Shown here: positions 18,133-27,164 of the stretch, piece after piece
How positions within the stretch are numbered: position 1 is the stretch's first letter
Layout: every line of letters starts with the position of its first letter
Virus record (IMG/VR): IMGVR_UViG_3300036772_000425
Location: 202,924-266,923 of that record
From: a virus
Direction: 5' to 3' (one strand)
Length of the DNA stretch: 64,000 nucleotides
Made by a program: the position numbers and the translations under genes
The notes under the pieces: model-generated
Database searches by the model: none
What the model saw: the letters and a program-made list of their open reading frames with translations, nothing else
What the model was told of the DNA's origin: nothing

Positions 18133-18570
18133 TCACAAAAATTCCAACTCGACCGCGTCCAGCAGGCACAGGACCTCAACACCGGTCGATCGAAGAAGCT
18201 CGATCGGTGCAGGATCCCTGTACAGTTGGTCGTACACCACCCTGGTGATGTCCGCGTTGATGATCAACTTGGAGCACATCAGGCACGGGCTGTGCGTGAT
18301 GTACATGTGTTTCAGCTTGGGAAAACTGAAGTCGCACTTGACCAGCGCGTTCGTTTCAGCATGGATGTAACCGGATTTTCCAGGTTCCTCAGAATCAGGT
18401 ACGTGCGGACCACCCTTGTAGTTCCCATTGTACCCAATCGCAAGCACCGCCGTGTTGTCAGCCGGCACGACCAGGGCGCCCACCTGCAGGCGCCTGTCGT
18501 AGCTTCTGCCTGCAATGACGTGTGCCATTGACATCCAGGTCTGTGCCCAACCCTGCCGCCGTTGGTTCAT
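18133..18570 (-). CDS. dCMP deaminase (cytidine/deoxycytidylate deaminase family)
   Basis: zinc-binding HAETNAL and HSPCLMCSKLI (HxE...PCxxC). Confidence 0.8.
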   Translation of the reverse strand: MNQRRQGWAQTWMSMAHVIAGRSYDRRLQVGALVVPADNTAVLAIGYNGNYKGGPHVPDSEEPGKSGYIHAETNALVKCDFSFPKLKHMYITHSPCLMCSKLIINADITRVVYDQLYRDPAPIELLRSTGVEVLCLLDAVELEFL

Positions 18571-19700
18571 GCCCCCACCAGTCCCTGGAACAATTCCAGC
18601 TCCCTACGCTCCAGTTCCATACCGAGCTCCTTGCCCGAGAACCCGAGAGCCAACAGTGGGTCACCCCTGACAGGGTCCATGTCCATGTACTCTCCGAGCG
18701 CCATGATGTTCGGATCAAGTGAGATACCGCAACCGATGACGTACTCCAGGACCTCGGAGTCCGTCAGGCCTGATGACCTGATCCGTTTCCGGAGCCGGCT
18801 GGGCTCGGAACCGTCGAACCGGGAGAGCTCCAGCAGAGCCATGGTGCTACGAACCTCTCGATCGCTGTACTTCATGCTACGGAGGATCCGATCGACCTTC
18901 ACCGGATCGTTCGTAGACAGCAGGCCGGCAAGGAAGACGGGCACGCTGCGTGACATCACCGGGGGGTTGGTCCACAGGCCTGGGATGACACGTGCCCACA
19001 AATTGTGGTCCGTCATCAGATCACAGAACAGTTCGGGGCTCTGTGCGGTCGCCAGGGTCCGGATCAGTTCATCATGGATCCTTTCGGACGAGATCCCATC
19101 CAGGTCATGCGAGAGCAGGGCCCGTGATGTCGCAGGGTCCACCTGCCAACCGAACCGTGCGGCGAACCGGATCGCCCTGAGGACCCGAAGCTTGTCCTCA
19201 CGGAACCTCTCCTGTGGGTCCCCCACGGCCCGAAGGATCCCTGCTCGGATGTCGCTCAACCCGCCCACCAGGTCCACCACCTCTCGGGTTCGGATGTCGT
19301 AGAAGAGCGCATTGCAGGTCAGATCCCGACGTTGAACGTCCTCCACGATGGTCGCGAATCGGACCGTCGGGTGTCGACCTAACGACAGATCCTCTCGGAA
19401 GGTGGCGATCTCTACGTGCTCCGTCGCACCGGGCAATTCAGTGGCGATCACACCGAAGGCAGCGCCGACCTCCATCACCGGGTGACCGAGGGACGAAACG
19501 ATCGCCTTCACATCGTGGGGTGCAGCATCGGTAGCGAGATCAAGATCCTTCGGCACCAAGCCCAGCACAGCATCGCGAACGGCACCCCCAACCACGTACA
19601 GGGAAGAACCCCGTGAACTGAAGGCAGCCGCGAGCTCATCGAGAGATTCTGGCAGGGCGATCTGAAGGGATTGACGTTCCATTTCAGCAGACACTACCAC
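18567..19700 (-). CDS. tRNA nucleotidyltransferase (CCA-adding enzyme), head domain only
   Basis: GGAVRDAVLGLVPKDLDLATDA and RRDLTCNALFYD motifs of class II CCA/poly(A) polymerases; 377 aa, no HD domain. Confidence 0.85.
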   Translation of the reverse strand: MVVSAEMERQSLQIALPESLDELAAAFSSRGSSLYVVGGAVRDAVLGLVPKDLDLATDAAPHDVKAIVSSLGHPVMEVGAAFGVIATELPGATEHVEIATFREDLSLGRHPTVRFATIVEDVQRRDLTCNALFYDIRTREVVDLVGGLSDIRAGILRAVGDPQERFREDKLRVLRAIRFAARFGWQVDPATSRALLSHDLDGISSERIHDELIRTLATAQSPELFCDLMTDHNLWARVIPGLWTNPPVMSRSVPVFLAGLLSTNDPVKVDRILRSMKYSDREVRSTMALLELSRFDGSEPSRLRKRIRSSGLTDSEVLEYVIGCGISLDPNIMALGEYMDMDPVRGDPLLALGFSGKELGMELERRELELFQGLVGA

Positions 19701-19716
19701 AGTAGCGACCGCCGTT

Positions 19717-20301
19717 TCACTTGGGATGATCGAGACGATTGTTCATGGAGATGTGGTGAGCGAAGCACCGCGGTTCGTACATGTCCTCGCCGCCCACCTC
19801 GATCCCGCTCTCAACCTCTGCACCCGTCACATGCTTCTTGTGAGTGTAGTGAGCATCATTGCTGCATTCGGTGCACACGGCTGAACACTTCTTGATCGCA
19901 GTTGCGTAAGGAAGGATCTTCTCAACCTCCTTGAAGGGCTTGCCGCTGTAGTCGAGTTCCAACGAAGAAACGACCACGCTGGTGCCGGCACGGTACAACC
20001 AGATCAGCACTTCAGCGATCCCTGGGATCATGAAAGCCTCATCGACCGCGACGAGATGAGGTTGTTCATCAAGCACGGTCAACGTGGTCAGGACATCAGA
20101 TCCAGTCTTCACGTTGACAGCAGGCCAACGCCAGCCCGAATGCGACACCACCTCATCCACGCTGTACCGAACATCAACGCAAGGCTTGAAAAGCACGGCC
20201 CGACGACGCTGGAACTTGTTACGCTCCAGTTCAGAGAGCGTCATGGTCGTCTTCCCAGACCACATCGGTCCTGTAAACACTTTGAACGTGGGATTCTGCA
20301 T
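19717..20301 (-). CDS. tdk: thymidine kinase
   Basis: FTGPMWSGKTT P-loop, VAVDEAF, C-terminal CxxC...C zinc ribbon; start at MQNPTFKV with ATGA overlap. Confidence 0.85.
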   Translation of the reverse strand: MQNPTFKVFTGPMWSGKTTMTLSELERNKFQRRRAVLFKPCVDVRYSVDEVVSHSGWRWPAVNVKTGSDVLTTLTVLDEQPHLVAVDEAFMIPGIAEVLIWLYRAGTSVVVSSLELDYSGKPFKEVEKILPYATAIKKCSAVCTECSNDAHYTHKKHVTGAEVESGIEVGGEDMYEPRCFAHHISMNNRLDHPK

Positions 20302-20870
20302 CAGCCCTCCTTTTCGGGTTCTAGTTGGACCACGTGAAACGGTTTCCTGACTCCGGCACAGTACTCTGCAGCGGCTGACAAGGCCATGTGGATCCGTTCG
20401 ATGGGGCCCATGGTTGCATCCTTGGTCGCGAACATAGCACCCAATGCGAAAGGGGCTCCGCATCCCACCGCAGCAAAATTCTCTAGAGGACAGCCGACCT
20501 GGTAGTCCGACTGGATCACGTACACATTCCCGTTGAAGCCTATCAGGAGCTCGGCGTCATGGAGCTCAAGTTCGTTCTCCTTCGTCATGGCGCCCTTGTC
20601 GCGCTGCAGGTTCCTAATAGCATCAACGAAGTCAGTGACCATGTACGCCATGTCATCCTTCTTCGAAGGCTGATCAGGGACCGAGAACCCATACTTCAGC
20701 AGCTGGCCGACCCTGAAACTTCCTGAGTAACCGATCACCGCCTCGTCGCCGGGGGTGATGAACACCTTCTCGTCAGAGTACAAGCAGATCCCAAGAGAAA
20801 CATCCACAGCGGCGCTGTCGCCGCCCATGTAGACGGTACCCTCGTGTTCAAGTGCCACGATGCAGGTCAC
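20301..20870 (-). CDS. HslV/proteasome-beta-like Ntn hydrolase (copy 1)
   Basis: N-terminus [20 protein letters not shown] matches HslV [30 protein letters not shown] matches AIGSGGPYA. Confidence 0.7.
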   Translation of the reverse strand: [189 protein letters not shown]

Positions 20871-20876
20871 GGGAGT

Positions 20877-21458
20877 TCAGTTCCAGGGACGGCGCTTGCT
20901 CTCGACGGTGATGATCACGAAGGGCGGTGCACACGCAGCGTTCGCCGTAGATGCATCGAGAGCGGTGAGAAGGCGCTTGCGAGGGTTGCTGATGTTCCGG
21001 GTGGCCCTCAAGGAGCCCAAGGCTAGCTGGCCACCCGAACCGGTGGAATCGAACCCGTCGGCGCTCTGGATCAGCTGGAAGTTTCCTTGCAGCTTGTAGA
21101 GCTTGCCACGGTACCCGAGCAGCATCTCCCCTTCGAACCTGACACCTGAACCTCCGCCGAACGGGTTCTTGTTCTCACCTGCAGCGTCCAGGTCCACCAA
21201 GCCCTTTCGGATCGCAGGGACAAGCTCGCTGACAAGGAAGTCCCGATCGTTGATCCCACCCACCTGGAACGGGAGATGGATGCTGTGCGCAAGGGCGTCC
21301 ATTACCTTCGGTGATCCGCAGACCCCGAAACCGATATCGTCCCTGCGAAACACCTTCGGATCCTTGATGATGGTGCGGTTCAAGGCTCCGTCGGTCCCGG
21401 CCGAATCAGCACCCAACCACACGGTGTCACCCTTCACGAGACCAACGATGCAGGTCAT
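20877..21458 (-). CDS. HslV/proteasome-beta-like Ntn hydrolase (copy 2)
   Basis: N-terminus MTCIVGLVKGDTVWLGADSAG; DSTGSGGQLALGS block; paralogous to the adjacent gene. Confidence 0.7.
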   Translation of the reverse strand: MTCIVGLVKGDTVWLGADSAGTDGALNRTIIKDPKVFRRDDIGFGVCGSPKVMDALAHSIHLPFQVGGINDRDFLVSELVPAIRKGLVDLDAAGENKNPFGGGSGVRFEGEMLLGYRGKLYKLQGNFQLIQSADGFDSTGSGGQLALGSLRATRNISNPRKRLLTALDASTANAACAPPFVIITVESKRRPWN

Positions 21459-21470
21459 GTTCTATTCCTT

Positions 21471-21674
21471 TCAATCGTTCCAGTCAGATTGGGACAGGTT
21501 GGTGAGGAGCGAATCATCCTCACCCTTTCCTTCACAGATGCTGTAATTGTACAACCCACCCATAACTTCGAGCAGGATGAACTCCAGGTTGACGGTGCTC
21601 AAAGAGTCCAACTTGGAGCGTATGGCTGCCAGCGTCGCTGCCCTGCTCACCGTCAATGTAGAGTACGCGCTCAT
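21471..21674 (-). CDS. hypothetical protein
   Basis: 67-aa ORF. Confidence 0.35.
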   Translation of the reverse strand: MSAYSTLTVSRAATLAAIRSKLDSLSTVNLEFILLEVMGGLYNYSICEGKGEDDSLLTNLSQSDWND

Positions 21675-22432
21675 TCCTTCAGAAGGTACGGTGAATTCGG
21701 GTACAGTTCACGGTACTGTGCTTTGGTGATCGCATGGTGACCGGTGCGCCAGTAGTGATCCACCAGGAAGAAATGCCGCTCGTACACGTGGAGAGAGCTA
21801 ACCTGCCAGTGAACGTTGCCCACCGAAACGTTCAAATCCTTCGCAAGGCGGGTGAGGACTGTCCTCTGCCACGCAAGGTCGTTCTTGAACCCTAGGACAG
21901 CATCGTTGCTGCGCATCTGCACCACAGCATGGAGCGCACCACCCCTGATCAGGTACCCAACGGCGTTGGTGCACATGAAGTCGCTGCGCCCATCCAGGTT
22001 GTACTCTGCCCACATGGTGGGCCTGTTGTAGATCGCCTGGGCGCGCCGGCTCTCTGGGTTCAACCGGAGCTCAGCGAGGACATGCTCGTACTGAGAGTGG
22101 TTCTCAGGGCTGTACATGACCCATCCGTAGTTCGAATTGATGGTACCGTCCGTGCTGGCGATGGACTTCCAGACTGCAGGGATGTTCCCGGTGAGGTCAT
22201 TGACATTCCTGGACTGGGAATCGTACCAGGCTTCCTCACGTGCCACGTAATCCCAATCAACGAAGCCGAAGAGGGCGTCATCGTCCGTCAGGAAAGCAGC
22301 ACCGATGATTTCCAGTGTCCTGGACCCGACCAACTTCACCATCGCAGCCTCCCGATTGACAGCGGTGAAACCACCGGTGGCAAGGAGCCTGCAGAATTCG
22401 TTTCTGATGTCGTTTGAGCCGAGGATCCTCAT
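21671..22432 (-). CDS. thymidylate-synthase (ThyA)-family enzyme, probably a pyrimidine hydroxymethylase
   Basis: RRAQAIYNRP...FMCTNAVGY...VVQMRSNDAVLGFKNDLA aligns to ThyA RRIIVSAWN...PCHAFFQFY...LYQRSCDVFLGLPFNIAS; catalytic Cys and Q/D conserved; a separate ThyX is also present in the window. Confidence 0.7.
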   Translation of the reverse strand: MRILGSNDIRNEFCRLLATGGFTAVNREAAMVKLVGSRTLEIIGAAFLTDDDALFGFVDWDYVAREEAWYDSQSRNVNDLTGNIPAVWKSIASTDGTINSNYGWVMYSPENHSQYEHVLAELRLNPESRRAQAIYNRPTMWAEYNLDGRSDFMCTNAVGYLIRGGALHAVVQMRSNDAVLGFKNDLAWQRTVLTRLAKDLNVSVGNVHWQVSSLHVYERHFFLVDHYWRTGHHAITKAQYRELYPNSPYLLKE

Positions 22433-22644
22433 TCCTGTTCCGGCTCGACGGTATCAGCATCATCGTCAGTGGTTCCTGGAACTGCTGTCTCCGGTTGCTG
22501 CTGGTGTTCCAGGTCGTAGACACGAGCCTTCAGATCATCGATGTCAGTCCGGGTTCGGGCTTCCTGACCCGAACAGTCGAACGCAGCGCCTGCGCTCAGG
22601 AGGATGATACAAGTCCACATCATGAAACGTTCGGTTGAACCCAT
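22429..22644 (-). CDS. small secreted protein (signal peptide)
   Basis: MMWTCIILLSAGAAFDCSG N-terminus. Confidence 0.35.
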   Translation of the reverse strand: MGSTERFMMWTCIILLSAGAAFDCSGQEARTRTDIDDLKARVYDLEHQQQPETAVPGTTDDDADTVEPEQE

Positions 22645-22662
22645 CTTCTTTTTTTCCTTCCA

Positions 22663-23679
22663 TCACAGCCTCAGCTTCATCTTCTGAATGTTGGGCCAGC
22701 TTCGTTCGTACCACTCGACGGTACGATCGAGACCCTCCCAAAAACTGACCCGCGGACTGTACCCCAGCCGTTGCTGGATGTTCGTGATATCAGCACAGGT
22801 GTGCATCACATCGCCCGCCCTCCAGGGAGCGTCCGTCCGGGCGGCGTTTGGGTACCGCTTCATCAGTTCATCCATGATCTGCATGTTGCTGACGCTGCTT
22901 CCGCACGCTACGTTGAACCGTGCGGCCTCCAACGGTTCAACGTGCTCGGCCGCGGCGATGCATGCATCCACCACGTTGCCCACGTAGCACATGTCACGGG
23001 TCTGCTCCCCCGTCCCGTCGCTGCGCATCGGACGCCCCTGGTGGATGGCTGTCAACCATGCTGAAACAGCGGTAGAGTACGGGCTGTCACCCAGCTGGTT
23101 CTCGCCGAACACGTTGAAGAATCTCATGCACGCGGAGTCCAACCCGTAGAGCCTCCAGTACATCATGAGGTAGTCCTCAATGATGGATTTCTGCAGGGCG
23201 TAGGGTGACTTCGGATCCTTCGGATGCGATTCAGGAGTGGGTAGTGCGTCAGCACCACCGTACACGGAACTGCTGGAGGCGAAGATGACACGTGTCCGCG
23301 TGCCGCGGCACGCTTCCAGCAGGCTCAACGTCCTTGTCACGTTGGTGTCATTGGTCTCAACAGGATGTTCCACGGAGTAGCTGACCCTGGGCAGGGCCGC
23401 CAGGTGGAACACCGTGTCGTACGTGCCGGTCCTGATCCGGCGCCGTGGGGATCCGGTTGCAAAATCGCACTTGAAGAAGGTGGGACCAGCAGGAAACCGA
23501 TGCCCGGTCCAGTGCTCAGTGGTTGCCACGTCAGGTTGGATCAGCTGGCCCGGCAAGAACTCCCGGTGCCCGTTCGACAGGTCGTCGACCACATCGACTG
23601 ACCAACCCTTCTCGAAACATCGCTTGGCCAGGTTGCTCCCGATGAACCCAGCACCACCGGTGATCAGGACCACCCTCAT
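22663..23679 (-). CDS. NAD-dependent nucleotide-sugar epimerase/dehydratase (SDR)
   Basis: VLITGGAGFIGSNL Rossmann motif; YALQK (YxxxK) catalytic motif. Confidence 0.8.
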   Translation of the reverse strand: MRVVLITGGAGFIGSNLAKRCFEKGWSVDVVDDLSNGHREFLPGQLIQPDVATTEHWTGHRFPAGPTFFKCDFATGSPRRRIRTGTYDTVFHLAALPRVSYSVEHPVETNDTNVTRTLSLLEACRGTRTRVIFASSSSVYGGADALPTPESHPKDPKSPYALQKSIIEDYLMMYWRLYGLDSACMRFFNVFGENQLGDSPYSTAVSAWLTAIHQGRPMRSDGTGEQTRDMCYVGNVVDACIAAAEHVEPLEAARFNVACGSSVSNMQIMDELMKRYPNAARTDAPWRAGDVMHTCADITNIQQRLGYSPRVSFWEGLDRTVEWYERSWPNIQKMKLRL

Positions 23680-25013
23680 GATGGGTTCTCCTCGTTGGTC
23701 AGCAGGTCCATCTGCTTCATGGCGTAACGTGTCGTGGATTCGTACGAACAGCGCTCCCGGACCACGCGCAGCAGGTGAGCGTGCCAGATCGCAAGTCCCC
23801 GAGCATCACCATGATCGATGACATCGAGCATGTGACCCAACCTCTCGACCACGTTCGACCAGTCGGGCTTGACCACGAATGGGTACCCGCCGGCCTCTCG
23901 TGCAATGCTCGAATATTCATTGACATCCAACCACAGAGGTTTACAGCCCAACTCAATGCATTCTCGAGAGGCGGTACCACCGTACGTATCCTGATCATAG
24001 AGGCCGACCGCGATGTGACTGTTGCGCGCGACGAACTTGAACTCGTCCCTGGTCAACGAATCTGGGACCAGGTTCACGTACCCGTTCGGCCCACACATCT
24101 GCTCGAGCTCCTGGTTTGAGAACTTCTGGCTCGGGTTGCCGCATACCACCACGAAGTCCTGGTAGGTTTTCCTGAGCTCCGGGAGGATCTCGAACACGAA
24201 CTTCCCGCAGTTGGTGTAGTCGCTCGACCGTCCCATGCCACCGATCCTGTTCGGCACGAAGATCACCGTCCTTTTCCGGACCTTCTGCCGCCATTCAGCC
24301 TCCGTGAATCGCAGCTTATGCATGTCGATAGGCGCAGTGATCTCCTCCCGAGAGTACCCGTCATCCCAGGGCATCGACCGGTTTCGAACCGACATGACGA
24401 TGCCCTGCCTGTACACCTTCCTCATCTCAACAAAGAACTCTTCCATGGCGGACGCGCACTGCCAGAAGTTGAAATCCGCCTTGATCGCAGCTTCACATTG
24501 GCCCAACCACAAGGAGGCTTCTGCCGGGAACTTGGGGCAGGACGGCACGTCCACGAAGTGCGAATGTACGTAGAACTGGGGCCTGTACCCACCCTGCAGC
24601 ATGAACAGGGCCTTGAAGTTCCGCAGGTGCATCGGATCGTTGATGTAAACAGCATCGTACCTGCGTGCCGGATCGGCTCGATGCGTGCCGAGGTTGAGGC
24701 TGTGATGGCCGATGCCCTGGTAGTCAAAATCGTACCGGGTTGCCAACGCGTTGGGTTGGATCCAGTGCTCCAGGTACCGAACCCTGCCCGATTCGAACAG
24801 GTCTGGGTTGACATCATGTGGCGGGGTGACGACCTGGGTCTGACCGTCCAGGTTGAGACACGGACCCATGATGTCAACCTCCAACTCCGGACGAAGCTTC
24901 AGCATCTGCCGGATGCGGCCGGTGCACATCTGCCACCCAGAGTCGCATTCCAGGATGAATTTTCCGGAAGGGGTGTAGTTCGAGAGCTGCGGTTGGACCA
25001 ACAGTCGCGTCAT
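23676..25013 (-). CDS. GT-B fold glycosyltransferase (GT1/GT4-like)
   Basis: 445 aa; C-terminal domain ASRECIELGCKPLWLDV resembles the GT4 EX7E region. Confidence 0.6.
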   Translation of the reverse strand: MTRLLVQPQLSNYTPSGKFILECDSGWQMCTGRIRQMLKLRPELEVDIMGPCLNLDGQTQVVTPPHDVNPDLFESGRVRYLEHWIQPNALATRYDFDYQGIGHHSLNLGTHRADPARRYDAVYINDPMHLRNFKALFMLQGGYRPQFYVHSHFVDVPSCPKFPAEASLWLGQCEAAIKADFNFWQCASAMEEFFVEMRKVYRQGIVMSVRNRSMPWDDGYSREEITAPIDMHKLRFTEAEWRQKVRKRTVIFVPNRIGGMGRSSDYTNCGKFVFEILPELRKTYQDFVVVCGNPSQKFSNQELEQMCGPNGYVNLVPDSLTRDEFKFVARNSHIAVGLYDQDTYGGTASRECIELGCKPLWLDVNEYSSIAREAGGYPFVVKPDWSNVVERLGHMLDVIDHGDARGLAIWHAHLLRVVRERCSYESTTRYAMKQMDLLTNEENPS

Positions 25014-25246
25014 CGTGACCTTTCCTTCGTTCGATCCCGAACGACCTCCTGCAACCGTTCCAGCATCGCAGGCTTCAACCTTACCATCACCCGATCCAGC
25101 AGTTCAGGTTCATCGATCACCCTCTGCAGCAGGACATCATCGAACTCGTGCCACGAGGAATCCCAGAAATGGGCATCCTCATCGATCCCAGACTCAACCA
25201 GGGCCATGATTGCCCAGCACACCGGATCGAGCTCTTCATCCGTCAT
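25010..25246 (-). CDS. hypothetical protein
   Basis: 78 aa; ATGA coupling. Confidence 0.4.
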   Translation of the reverse strand: MTDEELDPVCWAIMALVESGIDEDAHFWDSSWHEFDDVLLQRVIDEPELLDRVMVRLKPAMLERLQEVVRDRTKERSR

Positions 25247-25500
25247 GACTGCACCTTCCGCTTCAGCACCACTACGATAGATTCTGTGAACCCGCTCGAC
25301 AGGTACCAGTCACGTGTCTCCACGACAGTGACCACGTCAACGACAGTGAAACGATTGTCGAAGCTACGACCTGTCTCCGTGTGCCTGACAACGGTCTCTC
25401 CGATCCTGGGCACGTGCTTGCAGCCTGCCGTGAACTCAAGCCAATCTCGGCGGGGAGCCGCCGGATCGTTATCCTCACCGACGAACTTGACATTGATCAT
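25243..25500 (-). CDS. hypothetical protein
   Basis: 85-aa ORF. Confidence 0.4.
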   Translation of the reverse strand: MINVKFVGEDNDPAAPRRDWLEFTAGCKHVPRIGETVVRHTETGRSFDNRFTVVDVVTVVETRDWYLSSGFTESIVVVLKRKVQS

Positions 25501-25549
25501 GTTTCATGGTATCTCCTGCTATGACGGGCTACATGCACCTAGTTATGCA

Positions 25550-26146
25550 ATGCTGATCACGATGGAACGACTCAAGAACCTGGTGGCTGAGGGTTTCCGG
25601 ACACGTGTCATCGATATGTCCTCCAAGAAGGCCGACGATTACGACAAGATGCAAGGGTCGATCTCAAAGGGACAAAAGGCTCAGGAGTCCGCCACGGACG
25701 ACGAGATCGAGGGTCTCAGGACCATGCCAGAGTTCGAGGATGTGGATTCCTTCATGGAGCAGAAGCTCGAGGACGATGATTACTCGTACACCTGGGTCGA
25801 GCTGCAAGCCCTTGCACGTAATCGAGCTGAACTTCGCCTGCTGGCTCCCGTTGCCGTCGCCAGCAAGCAGGACATCGATGCTGTCAGGAAGCAGTTGGAG
25901 GTTGATTTCGGCCTCAAGTTCATCCCCCGTGAACCTCGAAAGGAACTCCGCGGGTTCAGCAGCAACCCGAACGGCACCCATCCGTTCGCCGGATCGGGCG
26001 GTGGAGGCACCGGCTTCAGCTCTGACATGACAGGCGGTGGTGGGTTCACCAGCTACGGCGGCGGCCCAGGAGCCATGGGTTCCGGGAAAGTTTGGGATCC
26101 CAAGGACAAGAAGAACCTGCCGATGGGCGCCAAACGCAAGAGCTGA
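25550..26146 (+). CDS. hypothetical protein with Gly-rich C-terminus (plus strand)
   Basis: start at MLITMERL; acidic N-terminal region; GSGGGGTGF...GGGGFTSYGGG tail. Confidence 0.45.
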   Translation: MLITMERLKNLVAEGFRTRVIDMSSKKADDYDKMQGSISKGQKAQESATDDEIEGLRTMPEFEDVDSFMEQKLEDDDYSYTWVELQALARNRAELRLLAPVAVASKQDIDAVRKQLEVDFGLKFIPREPRKELRGFSSNPNGTHPFAGSGGGGTGFSSDMTGGGGFTSYGGGPGAMGSGKVWDPKDKKNLPMGAKRKS

Positions 26147-26149
26147 TCC

Positions 26150-26716
26150 CTACAGTGACGCCCTAAGCCAGTCGGTACATGCCCTTGCATGCGCGATCGA
26201 TTCCACGATATCGGCATGGGCTCGATGCGCTTCACCCTTGGAGAACTGGGCCATGCCCAGGCTCTGGCAGTACAGTTTGATGGAACTGACATCGTAGTGC
26301 CGGTGCGATAGCGACCGAGCGAAGAGCGGGAAGTGCACATCGATGAAGGCATGGTCGAAGTGGATGCTCGACCCAGCAAGGATGAATCTTTCATCCTTGT
26401 CGTCTGAGAACGGGAAGCGCTGGCCAAGCTCCGCGTCCACCACGTAGGCAGGAACACCGTGCTCACATTCCTTGAAAAGTTCGTTCTTGGTGTGCATGTC
26501 CACGATGCATGGCTCCAGCGCCGCCCACTGCACCTCGTTGTGCCCACGTTCGTTGCACGTCATCGGGTTGGGTGGGAAGTACAGGGTTGACTCGTAGACG
26601 AACTGAACGTTGAACGGATCGTGCAGCTCTGCCACCGCACATGAGACCTCGAGCACGCGGTGCTTCGTCGGATCCAACCCAGTCGTTTCCAAGTCCAACC
26701 AAACCAGTTTCGGCAT
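26150..26716 (-). CDS. DEDDh 3'-5' exonuclease (oligoribonuclease/RNase T-like)
   Basis: Exo I WLDLETTGLD; Exo III HRAHADI; ~188 aa as for Orn. Confidence 0.75.
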   Translation of the reverse strand: MPKLVWLDLETTGLDPTKHRVLEVSCAVAELHDPFNVQFVYESTLYFPPNPMTCNERGHNEVQWAALEPCIVDMHTKNELFKECEHGVPAYVVDAELGQRFPFSDDKDERFILAGSSIHFDHAFIDVHFPLFARSLSHRHYDVSSIKLYCQSLGMAQFSKGEAHRAHADIVESIAHARACTDWLRASL

Positions 26717-26720
26717 GAGT

Positions 26721-27164
26721 TCAGTCCTTCTTCTTGATCAGTTGACGGATCTTGATCACAGAATCGGCTGACATGCGCCAACCCTCCTTCAACCATGAAC
26801 TGCCGTGCAGGAACACCCCTCCGTCCAAGAGCCAGAGGAAGTAGCAGCACTCATGCAAGGTCATTGCCACGTGCCCGTCAGTGTAGATGAGAGCATGGTC
26901 ATGGTCTGCATAGGAATCATCCCACTCAGGGAGTTCAACCTTTTCTCCGAAGTACTCCACCATGACTGGGAACATGTACGTCGGATGGTCTCCGTGCTCA
27001 TGTTCCAACAGTAACCCATCACGAGTGATGCTCCGGATCGGAAGGCCGTTCGGGCAATGGATCCGCCCTCCGTCGGCGATCGCCTTGTTGATCTGGCAGT
27101 CTGAGTTGCTGCAGAAGTTGTGGTACTCGCTGGTTTCCTTCCCGCACCAGATGCACATCTTCAT
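26721..27164 (-). CDS. zinc-finger-containing hypothetical protein
   Basis: N-terminal CIWCGK...CSNSDC; start at internal Met with ATGA coupling to the methyltransferase gene. Confidence 0.45.
   Translation of the reverse strand: MKMCIWCGKETSEYHNFCSNSDCQINKAIADGGRIHCPNGLPIRSITRDGLLLEHEHGDHPTYMFPVMVEYFGEKVELPEWDDSYADHDHALIYTDGHVAMTLHECCYFLWLLDGGVFLHGSSWLKEGWRMSADSVIKIRQLIKKKD

Noticed and set aside
24318-25280. 320-aa plus-strand ORF
   Set aside because: It is antisense to the GT-B glycosyltransferase gene.
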